From Candidatus Sericytochromatia bacterium (GTDB lineage: Bacteria; Cyanobacteriota; Sericytochromatia; S15B-MN24; UBA4093): a stretch of 64,000 bases of DNA. The notes under the pieces were generated by a model. That model was not told the DNA's origin. It worked only from the letters and a program-made list of their open reading frames with translations, and searched no databases. The DNA is taken from positions 32,001-96,000 of the forward strand of contig JAKFCT010000080.1 in NCBI GenBank assembly GCA_036676495.1, read 5' to 3'. Position numbers and translations under genes: made by a program. This document shows, piece after piece, positions 10,686-20,477 of this stretch (the first letter of the stretch is position 1; each line of letters starts with the position of its first letter).

Positions 10686-10874
10686 ATGGAAGAGCCGGAT
10701 GCCACGCCCTGGGGCCTCATGCTGATCATGGCGCTCGTCATGCTCAGCTATCCGTGGCTTGCGATCTTCAATCAACGCTTGCCCCTCCTCGGGGTGCCGC
10801 TGGTCCTGCTCTACGTGTTCGGCGTTTGGGGCGGGCTGATCGTGCTCTCGTTGCTCTACCGCCCGCGACGGTGA
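10686..10874 (+). CDS. Small 2-TM protein (62 aa), CbrX-like partner of the SLC5 kinase
   Basis: MEEPDATPW...LSYPWLAIFN...LLGVPLVLLYVFGVW; its stop overlaps the in-frame GTG of the next gene (GTGA). Confidence 0.78.
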   Translation: MEEPDATPWGLMLIMALVMLSYPWLAIFNQRLPLLGVPLVLLYVFGVWGGLIVLSLLYRPRR

Positions 10875-13800
10875 CGCCCATGGCCGTGCTCGTCGCGCTT
10901 CTCCTGGCCTTCCTCGCCTACCTCGCGCTGCTCTTTCTCGTCGCGTACCGGGTCGAGACGCACCGCGGCTGGCTCGCCAAGCTTCCCGCCCATCCGGGCA
11001 TCTACGCGCTCTCCCTCACGGTCTTTTTCACCGGCTGGGGCTACTTCAGCTCCGGAAGCTCGACCCTCGACGTGGGCTTGCCGTTCACGGCCACCTACGT
11101 CGGAGCCAGCCTCACGCTGCTCTTCGGCTGGCCCATTCTCAGGCGAGCCATTCGAATCGCCAAGATCCACCGGGTCACCACCCTCCCGGGACTCTTGTCC
11201 GTTCGCTTCGGTCACTCGTTCTGGCTCACGAGCCTGGTCGCCATGCTGCTGCTCGTCGGAACGCTGCCTTACCTCGCCTTGCAGATCAGCGCGCTCGGCT
11301 TCGCCCTGAAGACGATCGTGGCGGATCCCGCCCTGCTCGATCCGCGAGAGGAACAGGGCGTGGTGCTCTTGCTGACCTTCGTGCTCGCCCTCTTCGCGAT
11401 TGCCTTTGGCGTGCGCCGAGCCGACCCCACCCAGGGAAACCCGGGAATCGTGGTCTCCCTGGCCATCGACGGCATCGTGAAGCTGTTCGCCCTGCTCGCC
11501 GTGGCCTTCTTCGTCTACGCGAACCAGCCCCAGCTGTTCGCCATGCTCTCGCATCCCGACGCCTGGCCCCACTTGCTCCTCGGCAGCACGCCTCAAAACT
11601 CCTACGCCAACTGGCTCGGCTTCCTGTTGCTCAGCATGGTGGCCATGCCCCTGCTGCCGCACATGTACCACCTCCTGGTGGTGGAAAGCTCCGATGCACA
11701 GCAAGTGGTCGACGTCCGCGGGGTCCTGCCGGCTTACTCCTGGCTCGCTCACCTCCTGACGCTGCTGATCGCCCTCGCGGGCGTGGCGATCGGCCTCCGA
11801 GGGCCGGAAAATCAGATCGCGATCTTGGTGATCCCGCTGTTGGCCGACCAGCCCCTCTTGCTGCTAATCGCTTACCTGGGCGGAATCGCGGCCTCCGCGG
11901 GGATGGCGATCGCCGTCTTCGTCGCCCTGACCAATCTCATCACCGCGGACCTGGTCCTGCCCCTGCTCAGCCGCATGACCACCCGCCTGGGCCCCCTCTT
12001 GATCCCCTTGCGCTGGCTGATCCTCCTGGGAGTCGCGGGGCTGGCCTTCGTCGTCTGGGACTTCACCGACGTCACCTTCCTCAGCCAGTTCGGCTTGATC
12101 TCCTTCGTGGCCGCCGCTCAGCTCGCTCCCGCCTTCTTCTTGGGGCTTTGCTGGGCGCGCCTGCAACGTGGAGCCGTGCTCTGGGGGATCGCGGCGGGTG
12201 CCTTGGCGTGGCTTTACACCTCCTTCTTGCCGAGCTTCGCGGAAGCCTCGCCTTTGATCGCCCGCTGGGTCGCGCAGGGCCCCTTCGGTTGGGCCTTCCT
12301 GCGTCCCCACTCCCTCTTCGGCTTGCAGGGACTGGATCCGGCCGTTCATGCCGTCTACTGGAGCACCTTGCTCAACCTGACGGCGATCGCCGTCTACACC
12401 CTCATTCGCCCCGCCGCCAAGGAGGAGATCGCGCATGTCGAAGCCCTTTTCCAGGGGAAACCCTCCTTGTCCGCGCTCTACCACCGCTTCATCCGGATGC
12501 TCTCCTTCCCCGAACTGGAAGCCGTTCTCGTGAAATACCTCGGCGAGGAGCAGGCACGAGAGCACATGGAGCGGATTCGCCTGGATCTCGAAGGCCTCGA
12601 TCTGCCTCCGGAGTCCAAGCTGCTCATGGCCCGAAACGCCCTCCAGCGAGCCTTGAGCGGGCCGCTCGGCGCCAGCGTGGCGGCCGACATCGTCCGGCGG
12701 GAGTTCCCCGTCTCGGACAAGGTCGTCCCGGATGCGTTCGAGGCCTACCAGAAGCTGGAACTGATGCTGCGCACCAGCCGGGAAGACCTCGCGAGCCGGC
12801 TGCGGGAGCTTTCGCTGATCAATGCCATTTCCGAGCGGCTGGTGGCGGCCCGGGACCGACGTCAGGTCATGGAGGCCGCGATCGGCCAACTCTGGGAAGG
12901 CCTTCACTTCGAGCGGGTCGGAGCCGTGATCGTCGAGCGGGACGAGAGCGCGCTCTGCTACCTCAGGGGCTTCCAGCACTTCGAAGAGGGCCCTTTCGCT
13001 GTCACGGAGGACTCGGCCATGGCGGAGGCCCTGCGGCATCGGCAGCTTCGCGTGCTTTCGGCCGGCCAAAGCGACGATCCGATCCTCGTCGGCGAGGGCG
13101 CCAAGACCCTGATCTACGTGCCGCTCGTCTTCGAGAACGAGAACCTGGGCGTGCTCATCTGCGGCATGGTCACGACGGCGCTGGTCGTCTCGCCCAGCCT
13201 CCGGAGCGTGCTGAGATCGGTCGCCAATACGCTGGCCATTTCGCTGTCGGATGCCCGCCACCGCGAGGAGGAGGAGCGGCTGCGCCGGCAACTGGCCACG
13301 GCGCTCGCCAACCTCGGGGACGCGGTGGTCGTTTTCGATTCCCAGCGCCGGATCATCCTGACCAACCCGGCCTTCCAGCGGCTGGGGCTATTTGCCGCGT
13401 CGGAGGATCCGCGCGGGCGCGATCTCATCACGCTCATCCTGAGCTTGGGGGTTCGGGATCTCTCGGGCCAGCCCCTCACGCGGGAGCGCTTACCCGCATG
13501 CCTGGCTCTCGCCGGAGAAACGGCCCATCTGACGGTTCGTCTCGACAAAGGCGACGGGACGGAGCGCATCCTCTCCATCACCAGCGTTCCCGTGAAGGAT
13601 GCGCAAGGCCGCGTCGTCCAGGCCGTCAGCGTCTACCGGGACATCACGGAGCTGTACCACCTGAAGGAGGATCTGGAGCGACGGGTCCAGGAGCGGACGG
13701 ACGAGCTCGCGCAGGAGCGGGATCTCCTCAAGGCGGCCAATGATAAGCTGGGGCAAGCGCTCGAGGAGCTCCGCAACCTCGATCGCTTGAAGGGAACGTT

Positions 13801-14476
13801 CGTCAATGCCATCTCGCATGATCTCCGGATCCCCCTCACGGGCATCGCCGGGTACGCGGAGTTCCTCGAAGACGAGATCGGGGGCCCGCTGGCGCCGCAA
13901 CAGCGGGAGTTCGCGCGGGAGATTCAGCGGGCTGTGGCGCGCATGGCGCGCCTCCTCAACGATCTTCTCGATTTTGCCCGGGTCGAGGCCGGGAAATTCA
14001 CGATCGAGCCCAGCGAGATCGAGCTGGAGGGACTGCTGCGCGACACGGCGGCCTCGTTCCGGCCCACGGCGGAGAAGAAAGGCCTGCGCCTCGTCCTGGA
14101 CCTGGCGGAGGGGCTGCCGAGAGTCTGGGCGGACCCGGGACGCGTCACGCAGATCGTGAGCAATCTCCTGAGCAATGCCGTCAAGTTCACGCCCGAGGGG
14201 GGCGAGGTGCGTCTCAAGGCCTACCCGGAGGATGCCGTCGTCGCGACCGAGGTCACGGATACGGGGCAAGGCATCCCCCCGGAAGCCATGCCGCATCTCT
14301 TCGAGCGCTTCTTCCAGACCGAAGCCGGCGTCCGGGCCGGTGGAACCGGCCTGGGACTCCCGATAGCCAAGGGGCTGGTCGAGGCGCAAGGGGGGACCAT
14401 GACGGTCGAGTCCGTCGAAGGTGTGGGCTCGACCTTCCGCTTCACGCTGCCGAAGGCTGTCCCCGGTGAGCCTTGA
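10871..14476 (+). CDS. CbrA/CrbS-like hybrid kinase: SLC5 symporter domain + STAC + GAF + PAS + HisKA + HATPase
   Basis: YALSLTVFFTGW, LLPHMYHLLVVE, AQLAPAFFLGLCW; STAC-like LVKYLGEEQA...LSGPLGASVA; SHDLRIPL, NAVKFT, DTGQGI, GTGLGL. Start is GTG 10871 or ATG 10880. Confidence 0.9.
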   Translation: MTPMAVLVALLLAFLAYLALLFLVAYRVETHRGWLAKLPAHPGIYALSLTVFFTGWGYFSSGSSTLDVGLPFTATYVGASLTLLFGWPILRRAIRIAKIHRVTTLPGLLSVRFGHSFWLTSLVAMLLLVGTLPYLALQISALGFALKTIVADPALLDPREEQGVVLLLTFVLALFAIAFGVRRADPTQGNPGIVVSLAIDGIVKLFALLAVAFFVYANQPQLFAMLSHPDAWPHLLLGSTPQNSYANWLGFLLLSMVAMPLLPHMYHLLVVESSDAQQVVDVRGVLPAYSWLAHLLTLLIALAGVAIGLRGPENQIAILVIPLLADQPLLLLIAYLGGIAASAGMAIAVFVALTNLITADLVLPLLSRMTTRLGPLLIPLRWLILLGVAGLAFVVWDFTDVTFLSQFGLISFVAAAQLAPAFFLGLCWARLQRGAVLWGIAAGALAWLYTSFLPSFAEASPLIARWVAQGPFGWAFLRPHSLFGLQGLDPAVHAVYWSTLLNLTAIAVYTLIRPAAKEEIAHVEALFQGKPSLSALYHRFIRMLSFPELEAVLVKYLGEEQAREHMERIRLDLEGLDLPPESKLLMARNALQRALSGPLGASVAADIVRREFPVSDKVVPDAFEAYQKLELMLRTSREDLASRLRELSLINAISERLVAARDRRQVMEAAIGQLWEGLHFERVGAVIVERDESALCYLRGFQHFEEGPFAVTEDSAMAEALRHRQLRVLSAGQSDDPILVGEGAKTLIYVPLVFENENLGVLICGMVTTALVVSPSLRSVLRSVANTLAISLSDARHREEEERLRRQLATALANLGDAVVVFDSQRRIILTNPAFQRLGLFAASEDPRGRDLITLILSLGVRDLSGQPLTRERLPACLALAGETAHLTVRLDKGDGTERILSITSVPVKDAQGRVVQAVSVYRDITELYHLKEDLERRVQERTDELAQERDLLKAANDKLGQALEELRNLDRLKGTFVNAISHDLRIPLTGIAGYAEFLEDEIGGPLAPQQREFAREIQRAVARMARLLNDLLDFARVEAGKFTIEPSEIELEGLLRDTAASFRPTAEKKGLRLVLDLAEGLPRVWADPGRVTQIVSNLLSNAVKFTPEGGEVRLKAYPEDAVVATEVTDTGQGIPPEAMPHLFERFFQTEAGVRAGGTGLGLPIAKGLVEAQGGTMTVESVEGVGSTFRFTLPKAVPGEP

Positions 14477-14515
14477 GCGAGACCCCTGCGGCTGAGCGAC
14501 GGAACGTGCCGGTGC

Positions 14516-15298
14516 TTACTGAGCGGTGTAGCCGCCATCCACGACGACTGCTTGCCCGGTCACTCCTCCGGCCTTGGGGCTGCCCAGGAAGAGGGCGTAG
14601 TCGGCGATTTCCTGGACGTCGAGCAGGCGCTGCTGGGGGACGAGCGGGTAGATGACCTCTTCGAGGACTTTCTCCAGGGGGACGTTGCGGGTCTTCGAGA
14701 GGTCGCTGAGCTGGTTGCGGACGAGCGGGGTGTCGACGTAGCCGGGGCAGAGGGCGTTGACCGTGATGCCGTGGGCGGCCCCTTCCAGGGCGGCCACCTT
14801 GGTCAGGCCGATCACGCCGTGCTTGGCGCTGTTGTAGGCGGCCTTGCCCGCAAAACCCACCAGGCCGTTGATGGATGCGACGTTCAGCACCCGGCCGTAG
14901 CCCTGGCGCTTCATCACCGGGAACGCGTGCTTGATGGCCGTGAACGGGGCCACCAGCAGGACCTTGATCATCTGCTCGAATTTCTCGGTGGGGAAGTCCT
15001 CGATGGGCGAGACGAACTGGAGGCCGGCGTTGTTGATGAGCACGTCCAGTCGCCCGAACACTTCCACCGTGCCCTCGATGGCGGCTTGAAGCTGCGACTC
15101 GTCGGAGACGTCACAGCCCAAGCCCAGTGCTTCGCTGCCTTTGGCCTGGAGTTCGGCGGCGAAAGCTTGGGCTTTGCCGCGATCTAGGTCGGCGATGGCG
15201 AGCTTGGCGCCGGCCGCGGCGAAGCTTTCGGCGAGCGCCTTGCCGATCCCGCTGGCTCCGCCGGTGATGAAGACGACCCGATTCTGATATCCGTACAT
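14516..15298 (-). CDS. bdhA: 3-hydroxybutyrate dehydrogenase (SDR)
   Basis: TGGASGIG, NNAGLQFVSPIEDFP, KAAYNSAKHG, CPGYVDTPLVRNQ, DGGYTAQ. Confidence 0.93.
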   Translation of the reverse strand: MYGYQNRVVFITGGASGIGKALAESFAAAGAKLAIADLDRGKAQAFAAELQAKGSEALGLGCDVSDESQLQAAIEGTVEVFGRLDVLINNAGLQFVSPIEDFPTEKFEQMIKVLLVAPFTAIKHAFPVMKRQGYGRVLNVASINGLVGFAGKAAYNSAKHGVIGLTKVAALEGAAHGITVNALCPGYVDTPLVRNQLSDLSKTRNVPLEKVLEEVIYPLVPQQRLLDVQEIADYALFLGSPKAGGVTGQAVVVDGGYTAQ

Positions 15299-15358
15299 GG
15301 GGTTTCTCCTCGTTGATAGGGTGAGCGCTCGTGGCTGTCCTGAGCCACGCAGGGCGCG

Positions 15359-16750
15359 CTAGTAAAGGCCGAACCAGAGGTAGGCGGCGATCGCCACGAA
15401 GACGGCCGCGGTCTTGATGAGGGTCATGGCGAAGATGTCGCCGTAGGACTGCCGGTGGGTCAAGCCCGTGACCGCGAGCAAGGTGATCACCGCGCCGTTG
15501 TGGGGGAGCGTGTCCATGCCGCCGCTTGCCATCGAGGCCACGCGGTGCAGGACCTCCGGGGGAATGCCCATGGCCGAGGCCTGCTGCAGGTAGGTCTGCC
15601 CCATGGTCGCCAGGGCGATGCTCATGCCGCCGGAGGCCGAGCCGGTCACGCCGGCGAGCGTGGTGGTCGTGACGGCCTCGTTGACCAGGGGATGGCCGAT
15701 GGCCGACCCCAGGGCGGCGCTGATGGTCTTGAAGCCGGGCATGGCCGCGATGATGGCCCCGAACCCGTACTCCGAGGCCGTGTTGAGGGAGGCCAGCATG
15801 GCGCCTCCCACGGCGGCGTTGATCCCGAGGCTGAGCTTGGCTTTCACCCGACCGAAGGAAAGGACGAGCACCAGCAGGATAGCCGCCACTAGGGCGATCT
15901 CCACCGACCAGAGGGCGCTGACCTTGGCGAGGGTGATGCTTTCGCCGGGCAGGCCAAACGCGGAGAGGTCGATGCTGGCGGGATAGAGCTTGGGCATGGC
16001 ATCGGTCAGGCCCTTGTTGAGGGCGGCCACGACGAGCAGTGGCAGCACGGCCAGGGCCGGGTGGGGAAGCGAGGCGGTTTCGACGGCTTCCGGCTCGTTG
16101 CTGTGGTTCGTTCCGTATCCCTCTCCGGCGCTTTGGGCCTTCCGACGTCGCCATTCCAGGTACGTCAGGCCGAAAACCAGCACGAAGGCGGCCCCCAGCA
16201 GGCCCATGCGGGGGGCAGCCCAGGTGGTGGTGTTGAAGAAGGTGGTGGGGATGAGGTTCTGGATTTGCGGGGTGCCGGGCAGGGCGTCCATGGTGAAGGT
16301 GAAGGCGCCGAGGGCGATGGTTCCGGGGATGAGGCGCTTGGGGATGTCGAGTTGCTTGAACATCTCGGCGGCAAAGGGGTAGACGGCGAAGGCGACGACG
16401 AAGAGGGAGACTCCGCCGTAGGTGAGCAGGGCGCAGACCAGGACGATGGTGAGCATGGCGTGTCGGGCGCCCACCAGGCGGATCACGGCCTGGATGATGC
16501 TCTTGGAGAAGCCCGAGAGTTCGATGACCTTGCCGAAGAGGGCTCCCAGGAGGAAGACGGGGAAGTAGAGCTTGATGAAGCCGACCATCTTGCCCATGAA
16601 GAGCTCGGAGTAGAGGGGCATGACGTGGGCGGGGTAGGTCATCAGGACGGCGAGGATCGCGGCGAGCGGCGCGAAGAGGATCACGCTATACCCGCGGTAG
16701 GCGGCCAAGATCAGGATGCCCAGGGCGATGAGGATGGTGAGGACGTCCAT
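15359..16750 (-). CDS. GntP-family permease, probably for 3-hydroxybutyrate
   Basis: LTYGGVSLFVVAF, LPGTPQIQN, GSASGGMSIAL, DTLPHNGAVITLL; directly upstream of bdhA. Confidence 0.88.
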   Translation of the reverse strand: MDVLTILIALGILILAAYRGYSVILFAPLAAILAVLMTYPAHVMPLYSELFMGKMVGFIKLYFPVFLLGALFGKVIELSGFSKSIIQAVIRLVGARHAMLTIVLVCALLTYGGVSLFVVAFAVYPFAAEMFKQLDIPKRLIPGTIALGAFTFTMDALPGTPQIQNLIPTTFFNTTTWAAPRMGLLGAAFVLVFGLTYLEWRRRKAQSAGEGYGTNHSNEPEAVETASLPHPALAVLPLLVVAALNKGLTDAMPKLYPASIDLSAFGLPGESITLAKVSALWSVEIALVAAILLVLVLSFGRVKAKLSLGINAAVGGAMLASLNTASEYGFGAIIAAMPGFKTISAALGSAIGHPLVNEAVTTTTLAGVTGSASGGMSIALATMGQTYLQQASAMGIPPEVLHRVASMASGGMDTLPHNGAVITLLAVTGLTHRQSYGDIFAMTLIKTAAVFVAIAAYLWFGLY

Positions 16751-16751
16751 T

Positions 16752-17885
16752 TCAGGCCCTCCGGGGGGCGTCGAGGCAGGCGCGGATGGCGTCCGAGGCC
16801 TCGGCGATCGCCGAGAGGCCTGCGAGGTGGCCGCCGGCGGCGGAAAGCGCGTGCACGTCGAAGGGGACTCCGGCCTGGGAGAGGGCCGTGACGAGGGGAT
16901 CGTGGTAGCTGGCGGCGGGGAGCAGCTGGTCTCCCTGGGCGGGGATGAGCAGGACGCGGGCCTGGAGGCGGGAGAGGGCGTCGGTCATGGAGCGTTGTCC
17001 GAGGGCGAGGTCCCAGCGCATGTTGGTGCGGAGCATGGCGAGCCAGGCGTTGGCGTCGCAGAACTTGGCGCGGAGGCGGGGTTCCTTGGCGAGCCAGCTT
17101 TCGATGGCCCATTCGCCGGTGCCGAGGGGGGCGGGCATGCGGCCGAACTTTTCTTGAAGTTCGTCCGAGCCGCTCGCCGTGACGATCATGAGCTCGATGG
17201 CGAGGGCGAGGCCGTCGAGGGGTGGGTCTTTGGGGTCGTAGCGGCCGTTCTGGAACTTGGGGTCGAGGCGGATGGCCTGCTCCATGGCGTGGTAGAGGCC
17301 GATTTCGCGGGCGCGGAACTCGGCGAGGCCGATGGCGACGATGCAGCGTTCGACCATGGTGGGGTAGGAGGCGGCCCATGCGAGGGCCTGGATGCCTCCG
17401 AAGGAGGGGCCGGCGACGGCGGCGAGGCGGGTCACGCCGAGTTGTTCGAGCAGGAGGCGCTGGGCGAGGACGGTGTCGCGGACGTCGAGGGCGGGGAAAT
17501 CGGGGCCGTAGGGTTTACCGGTGGCCGGGTCGAGGCTGGCGGGGCCGGTGGTGAGGCCGTGGGGGGCGTCCGTGCGGACGCAGCCGAGGGCGTCGGTGGA
17601 GACGACGAAGTAGCGATCGGTGTCGATGGCCTTGCCGGGTCCGATGATGGCGTCCCACCAGCCGGGGGCGGCATCGGAGTCGGAGTAGCGGCCGGCGGCG
17701 TGGGAGTGGCCGGAGAAGTGGTGGCAGACGAGGACGGCGTTGTCGCCGGCGGCGTTGAGTTGGCCGGCGGTTTCGTAGCCGAGGGTGACGTCGTGAAGCA
17801 TGGCGCCGGAGCGCAAGGCCAGGCGTTCAAGCTGGGCGTGTCGCTTGCGCATGAGCAGAGTGGACGAAGCGGGAGCGGTGGCCAT
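16752..17885 (-). CDS. MetX-like alpha/beta hydrolase
   Basis: LVCHHFSGHSHAAG, GWWDAIIGPGKAIDTDRYFVV, nucleophile GPSFGG, catalytic Asp (GDQL) and His (GHLAG); 1 nt from the permease start. Confidence 0.85.
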   Translation of the reverse strand: MATAPASSTLLMRKRHAQLERLALRSGAMLHDVTLGYETAGQLNAAGDNAVLVCHHFSGHSHAAGRYSDSDAAPGWWDAIIGPGKAIDTDRYFVVSTDALGCVRTDAPHGLTTGPASLDPATGKPYGPDFPALDVRDTVLAQRLLLEQLGVTRLAAVAGPSFGGIQALAWAASYPTMVERCIVAIGLAEFRAREIGLYHAMEQAIRLDPKFQNGRYDPKDPPLDGLALAIELMIVTASGSDELQEKFGRMPAPLGTGEWAIESWLAKEPRLRAKFCDANAWLAMLRTNMRWDLALGQRSMTDALSRLQARVLLIPAQGDQLLPAASYHDPLVTALSQAGVPFDVHALSAAGGHLAGLSAIAEASDAIRACLDAPRRA

Positions 17886-17930
17886 GGCGGTATCCTCATC
17901 GAGAGCGTCCCTTGACAGAGGGAGGGTAGC

Positions 17931-18623
17931 GTGCGGCCGTTACGACGGCGTTACGGGTGGGGGCTGAAGGCCCGTGGCCCGCAGATCTGGAAGGGACTGG
18001 GGGTGGCGTTGCTGGTGGGGGGGGCGATCGCCCTCGCCCTGCGTTACCGCCACCTGATTGACCTGGGGTCGCTGCGCGTCGCGCTGGCGGGCTTGGGGCC
18101 GTGGGCGCCGTTGGGGTTGGTGGCGCTTTTCGTCGTGCAGCAGCTTCTGCCGGTCTTTCCGAATTTTCTCTTGATCGCGCTGTCGGGGTTGTTCTTCGGG
18201 CTTCCGTGGGGGGTGGTCTGGGCGTGGCTGGGGATCGTGGTCTCGGCGGGCGTGCTCTATGGGCTGGGGACGCGCTGGGGGCGGCGCCTGATCGGGGGGA
18301 TGGTCGGCGACGAGCGCCTGCTGATTGCCGAGACGCTGATGCTGCGGCGGGGGGCGTGGGCCTTGTTGGGGATCCGGATGATCCCCGTGCTGCCGTCGTA
18401 CCTGGTGAGTTACCTGGCGGGGATCGTGCGGGTGCCGTTTGGCGTGTACCTGGTGGGGACGGCCATCGGGGTCTTGCCGGGCACCTTGCTTTACGCGCTC
18501 CTGGGGGAGCGCATCACCCGGCCGGCGGATCCGTGGTTCTGGGTGGCGCTCTTGGGGCTCGGGGCCCTGTCGGGAATGGCCCTGGAAATCGATCGCCGGG
18601 TCAAGCGCCAGGGACATCCTTGA
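17931..18623 (+). CDS. TVP38/TMEM64 (DedA/VTT) membrane protein
   Basis: LSGLFFG..WG, RMIPVLP...VSYLAG, GTAIGVLPG. Confidence 0.87.
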   Translation: MRPLRRRYGWGLKARGPQIWKGLGVALLVGGAIALALRYRHLIDLGSLRVALAGLGPWAPLGLVALFVVQQLLPVFPNFLLIALSGLFFGLPWGVVWAWLGIVVSAGVLYGLGTRWGRRLIGGMVGDERLLIAETLMLRRGAWALLGIRMIPVLPSYLVSYLAGIVRVPFGVYLVGTAIGVLPGTLLYALLGERITRPADPWFWVALLGLGALSGMALEIDRRVKRQGHP

Positions 18624-18694
18624 GTCCGCTCGATTCCCATCTTTTCGCTTGAGTCTTCTGCTTGGTTAAGGTAAGTTAGTTTTTGTGTCGCTTA

Positions 18695-18716
18695 ACATTT
18701 CGTGATTCCGAAATGT
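18695..18716. promoter_or_regulatory. IclR-like operator upstream of aceBA
   Basis: Perfect 8-bp inverted repeat ACATTTCG-tgattc-CGAAATGT in the AT-rich promoter region. Confidence 0.55.
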
Positions 18717-18859
18717 GACGTCGCGGTCGCGAGTTGCGCGTGAACGCGTCCCCGTACGGCATTCGAGCTGGCATGAGCCGGCGGTAGAACGGTGCGCCGC
18801 CGCGCGGCGATCCGCAGCCGGAACCGCCTTGCTGCGCGCTGAAGAGGAGGATCTCCCCC

Positions 18860-20431
18860 GTGATTCAGATCGAAGGTTTGACCCTTCGGGCGCCGGTGCG
18901 CCCTGAGGACGAGGATGTCCTGACCCCGGAGGCCCTGTCCTTCGTCCATCGCCTGGCGAAGCGGTTCGAGGCGGATCGCAGGGCCTTGCTGGAGGCCCGC
19001 GATCGCCGACAGGAGCGCCTGCGATCCGGAGAGTTCCCGGACTTCCTGGCAGAGACGGCGGATGTTCGTCAGGCGAACTGGAAGGTTGCCGAGGCGCCCA
19101 AGGATCTGCTCGATCGGCGCGTGGAGATCACGGGCCCCACGGACTGCAAGATGATGATCAACGCCCTCAATTCGGGCGCCAAGGTCTTCATGGCGGATCT
19201 CGAGGACGCGACGACCCCCACCTGGCGCAACATGATCGACGGGCAGCGCCACCTCATGCAGGCCGTCCGCCGCAAGCTCAGGCTGGATACCCCCTCCAAG
19301 GTCTACACGCTCAAGCCCGAGATCGCGACCCTGGTCGTGCGGCCTCGCGGCTGGCACCTGGTCGAGAAGCACGTCGAGATCGAGGGCATGCCCATCTCGG
19401 CCAGCCTCTTCGACTTCGGACTCTACCTCTTCCACAACGCCCACGAGCTGATCCGCCGGGGCTCGGGCCCGTACTTCTACCTGCCCAAGCTGGAGAGCCA
19501 CCTGGAGGCGCGCCTCTGGAACGCGGTCTTCAATACGGCGCAGGACGAGCTGGGGATTCCGCGCGGGACCATCCGCGCGACGGTGCTGATCGAGACCATC
19601 CTCGCGGCCTTCGAGATGGAGGAGATCCTCTACGAGTTGAAGGACCATGCCTCCGGCCTCAACGCCGGCCGCTGGGACTACATCTTCAGCCTGATCAAGA
19701 AATTCTCGCACCGTCCCGACTTCGTGCTTCCCGACCGCGCGATGGTGACGATGACCGTGCCCTTCATGGCGGCCTACGCGGATCTCCTGGTCAAGACCTG
19801 CCACAAGCGGGGCGCCCATGCGATCGGAGGGATGGCGGCATTCGTCCCCAGCCGCAAGGACCAGAAGATCAACGACGTGGCCATGGCCAAGGTCCGCGAG
19901 GACAAGGTTCGCGAGGCCAAGCTCGGCTTCGACGGGACCTGGGTGGCGCACCCGGACCTGGTGCCTCTGGCTCAGCGGGAATTCGACGCCGTGCTGGGCG
20001 ACGCTCCTCACCAGAAGCAGATCCGGCGCGAGGAGGCGAGGGTCGAGGCCCGCAATCTCCTGGATCTGGCGATTCCCGCCGCCCAGGTGACCGAGGAGGG
20101 GCTGCGCAACAACGTGAGCGTGGCGCTCCAGTACCTGGATTCTTGGCTGGGCGGCACCGGTGCGGTGGCCATCTTCAGCCTGATGGAGGACGCCGCGACC
20201 GCCGAGATCTCCCGCGCGCAGATCTGGCAGTGGATCCGGCATGGCGTGAGGCTGCAAGACGGCCGCGCGGTGACGCCCGAGCTCTACAAGAAGCTGCGCG
20301 ACGAGGAGCTGAAGAAGCTCTCGGCTTCCCCGAACCTCTCGAAGGCAGCTGCGCTGCTGGACCGGCTCATCGAGTCGGAGAGGTTCATCGATTTCCTGAC
20401 GTTACCCGCCTACGAGGCGCTCGAGGGTTGA
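18860..20431 (+). CDS. aceB: Malate synthase A
   Basis: [57 protein letters not shown]. Confidence 0.97.
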   Translation: MIQIEGLTLRAPVRPEDEDVLTPEALSFVHRLAKRFEADRRALLEARDRRQERLRSGEFPDFLAETADVRQANWKVAEAPKDLLDRRVEITGPTDCKMMINALNSGAKVFMADLEDATTPTWRNMIDGQRHLMQAVRRKLRLDTPSKVYTLKPEIATLVVRPRGWHLVEKHVEIEGMPISASLFDFGLYLFHNAHELIRRGSGPYFYLPKLESHLEARLWNAVFNTAQDELGIPRGTIRATVLIETILAAFEMEEILYELKDHASGLNAGRWDYIFSLIKKFSHRPDFVLPDRAMVTMTVPFMAAYADLLVKTCHKRGAHAIGGMAAFVPSRKDQKINDVAMAKVREDKVREAKLGFDGTWVAHPDLVPLAQREFDAVLGDAPHQKQIRREEARVEARNLLDLAIPAAQVTEEGLRNNVSVALQYLDSWLGGTGAVAIFSLMEDAATAEISRAQIWQWIRHGVRLQDGRAVTPELYKKLRDEELKKLSASPNLSKAAALLDRLIESERFIDFLTLPAYEALEG

Positions 20432-20477
20432 GCGCACGGTTTGCTTCCCCATTCGATTGCGAAGGAGTGACAGGCTG

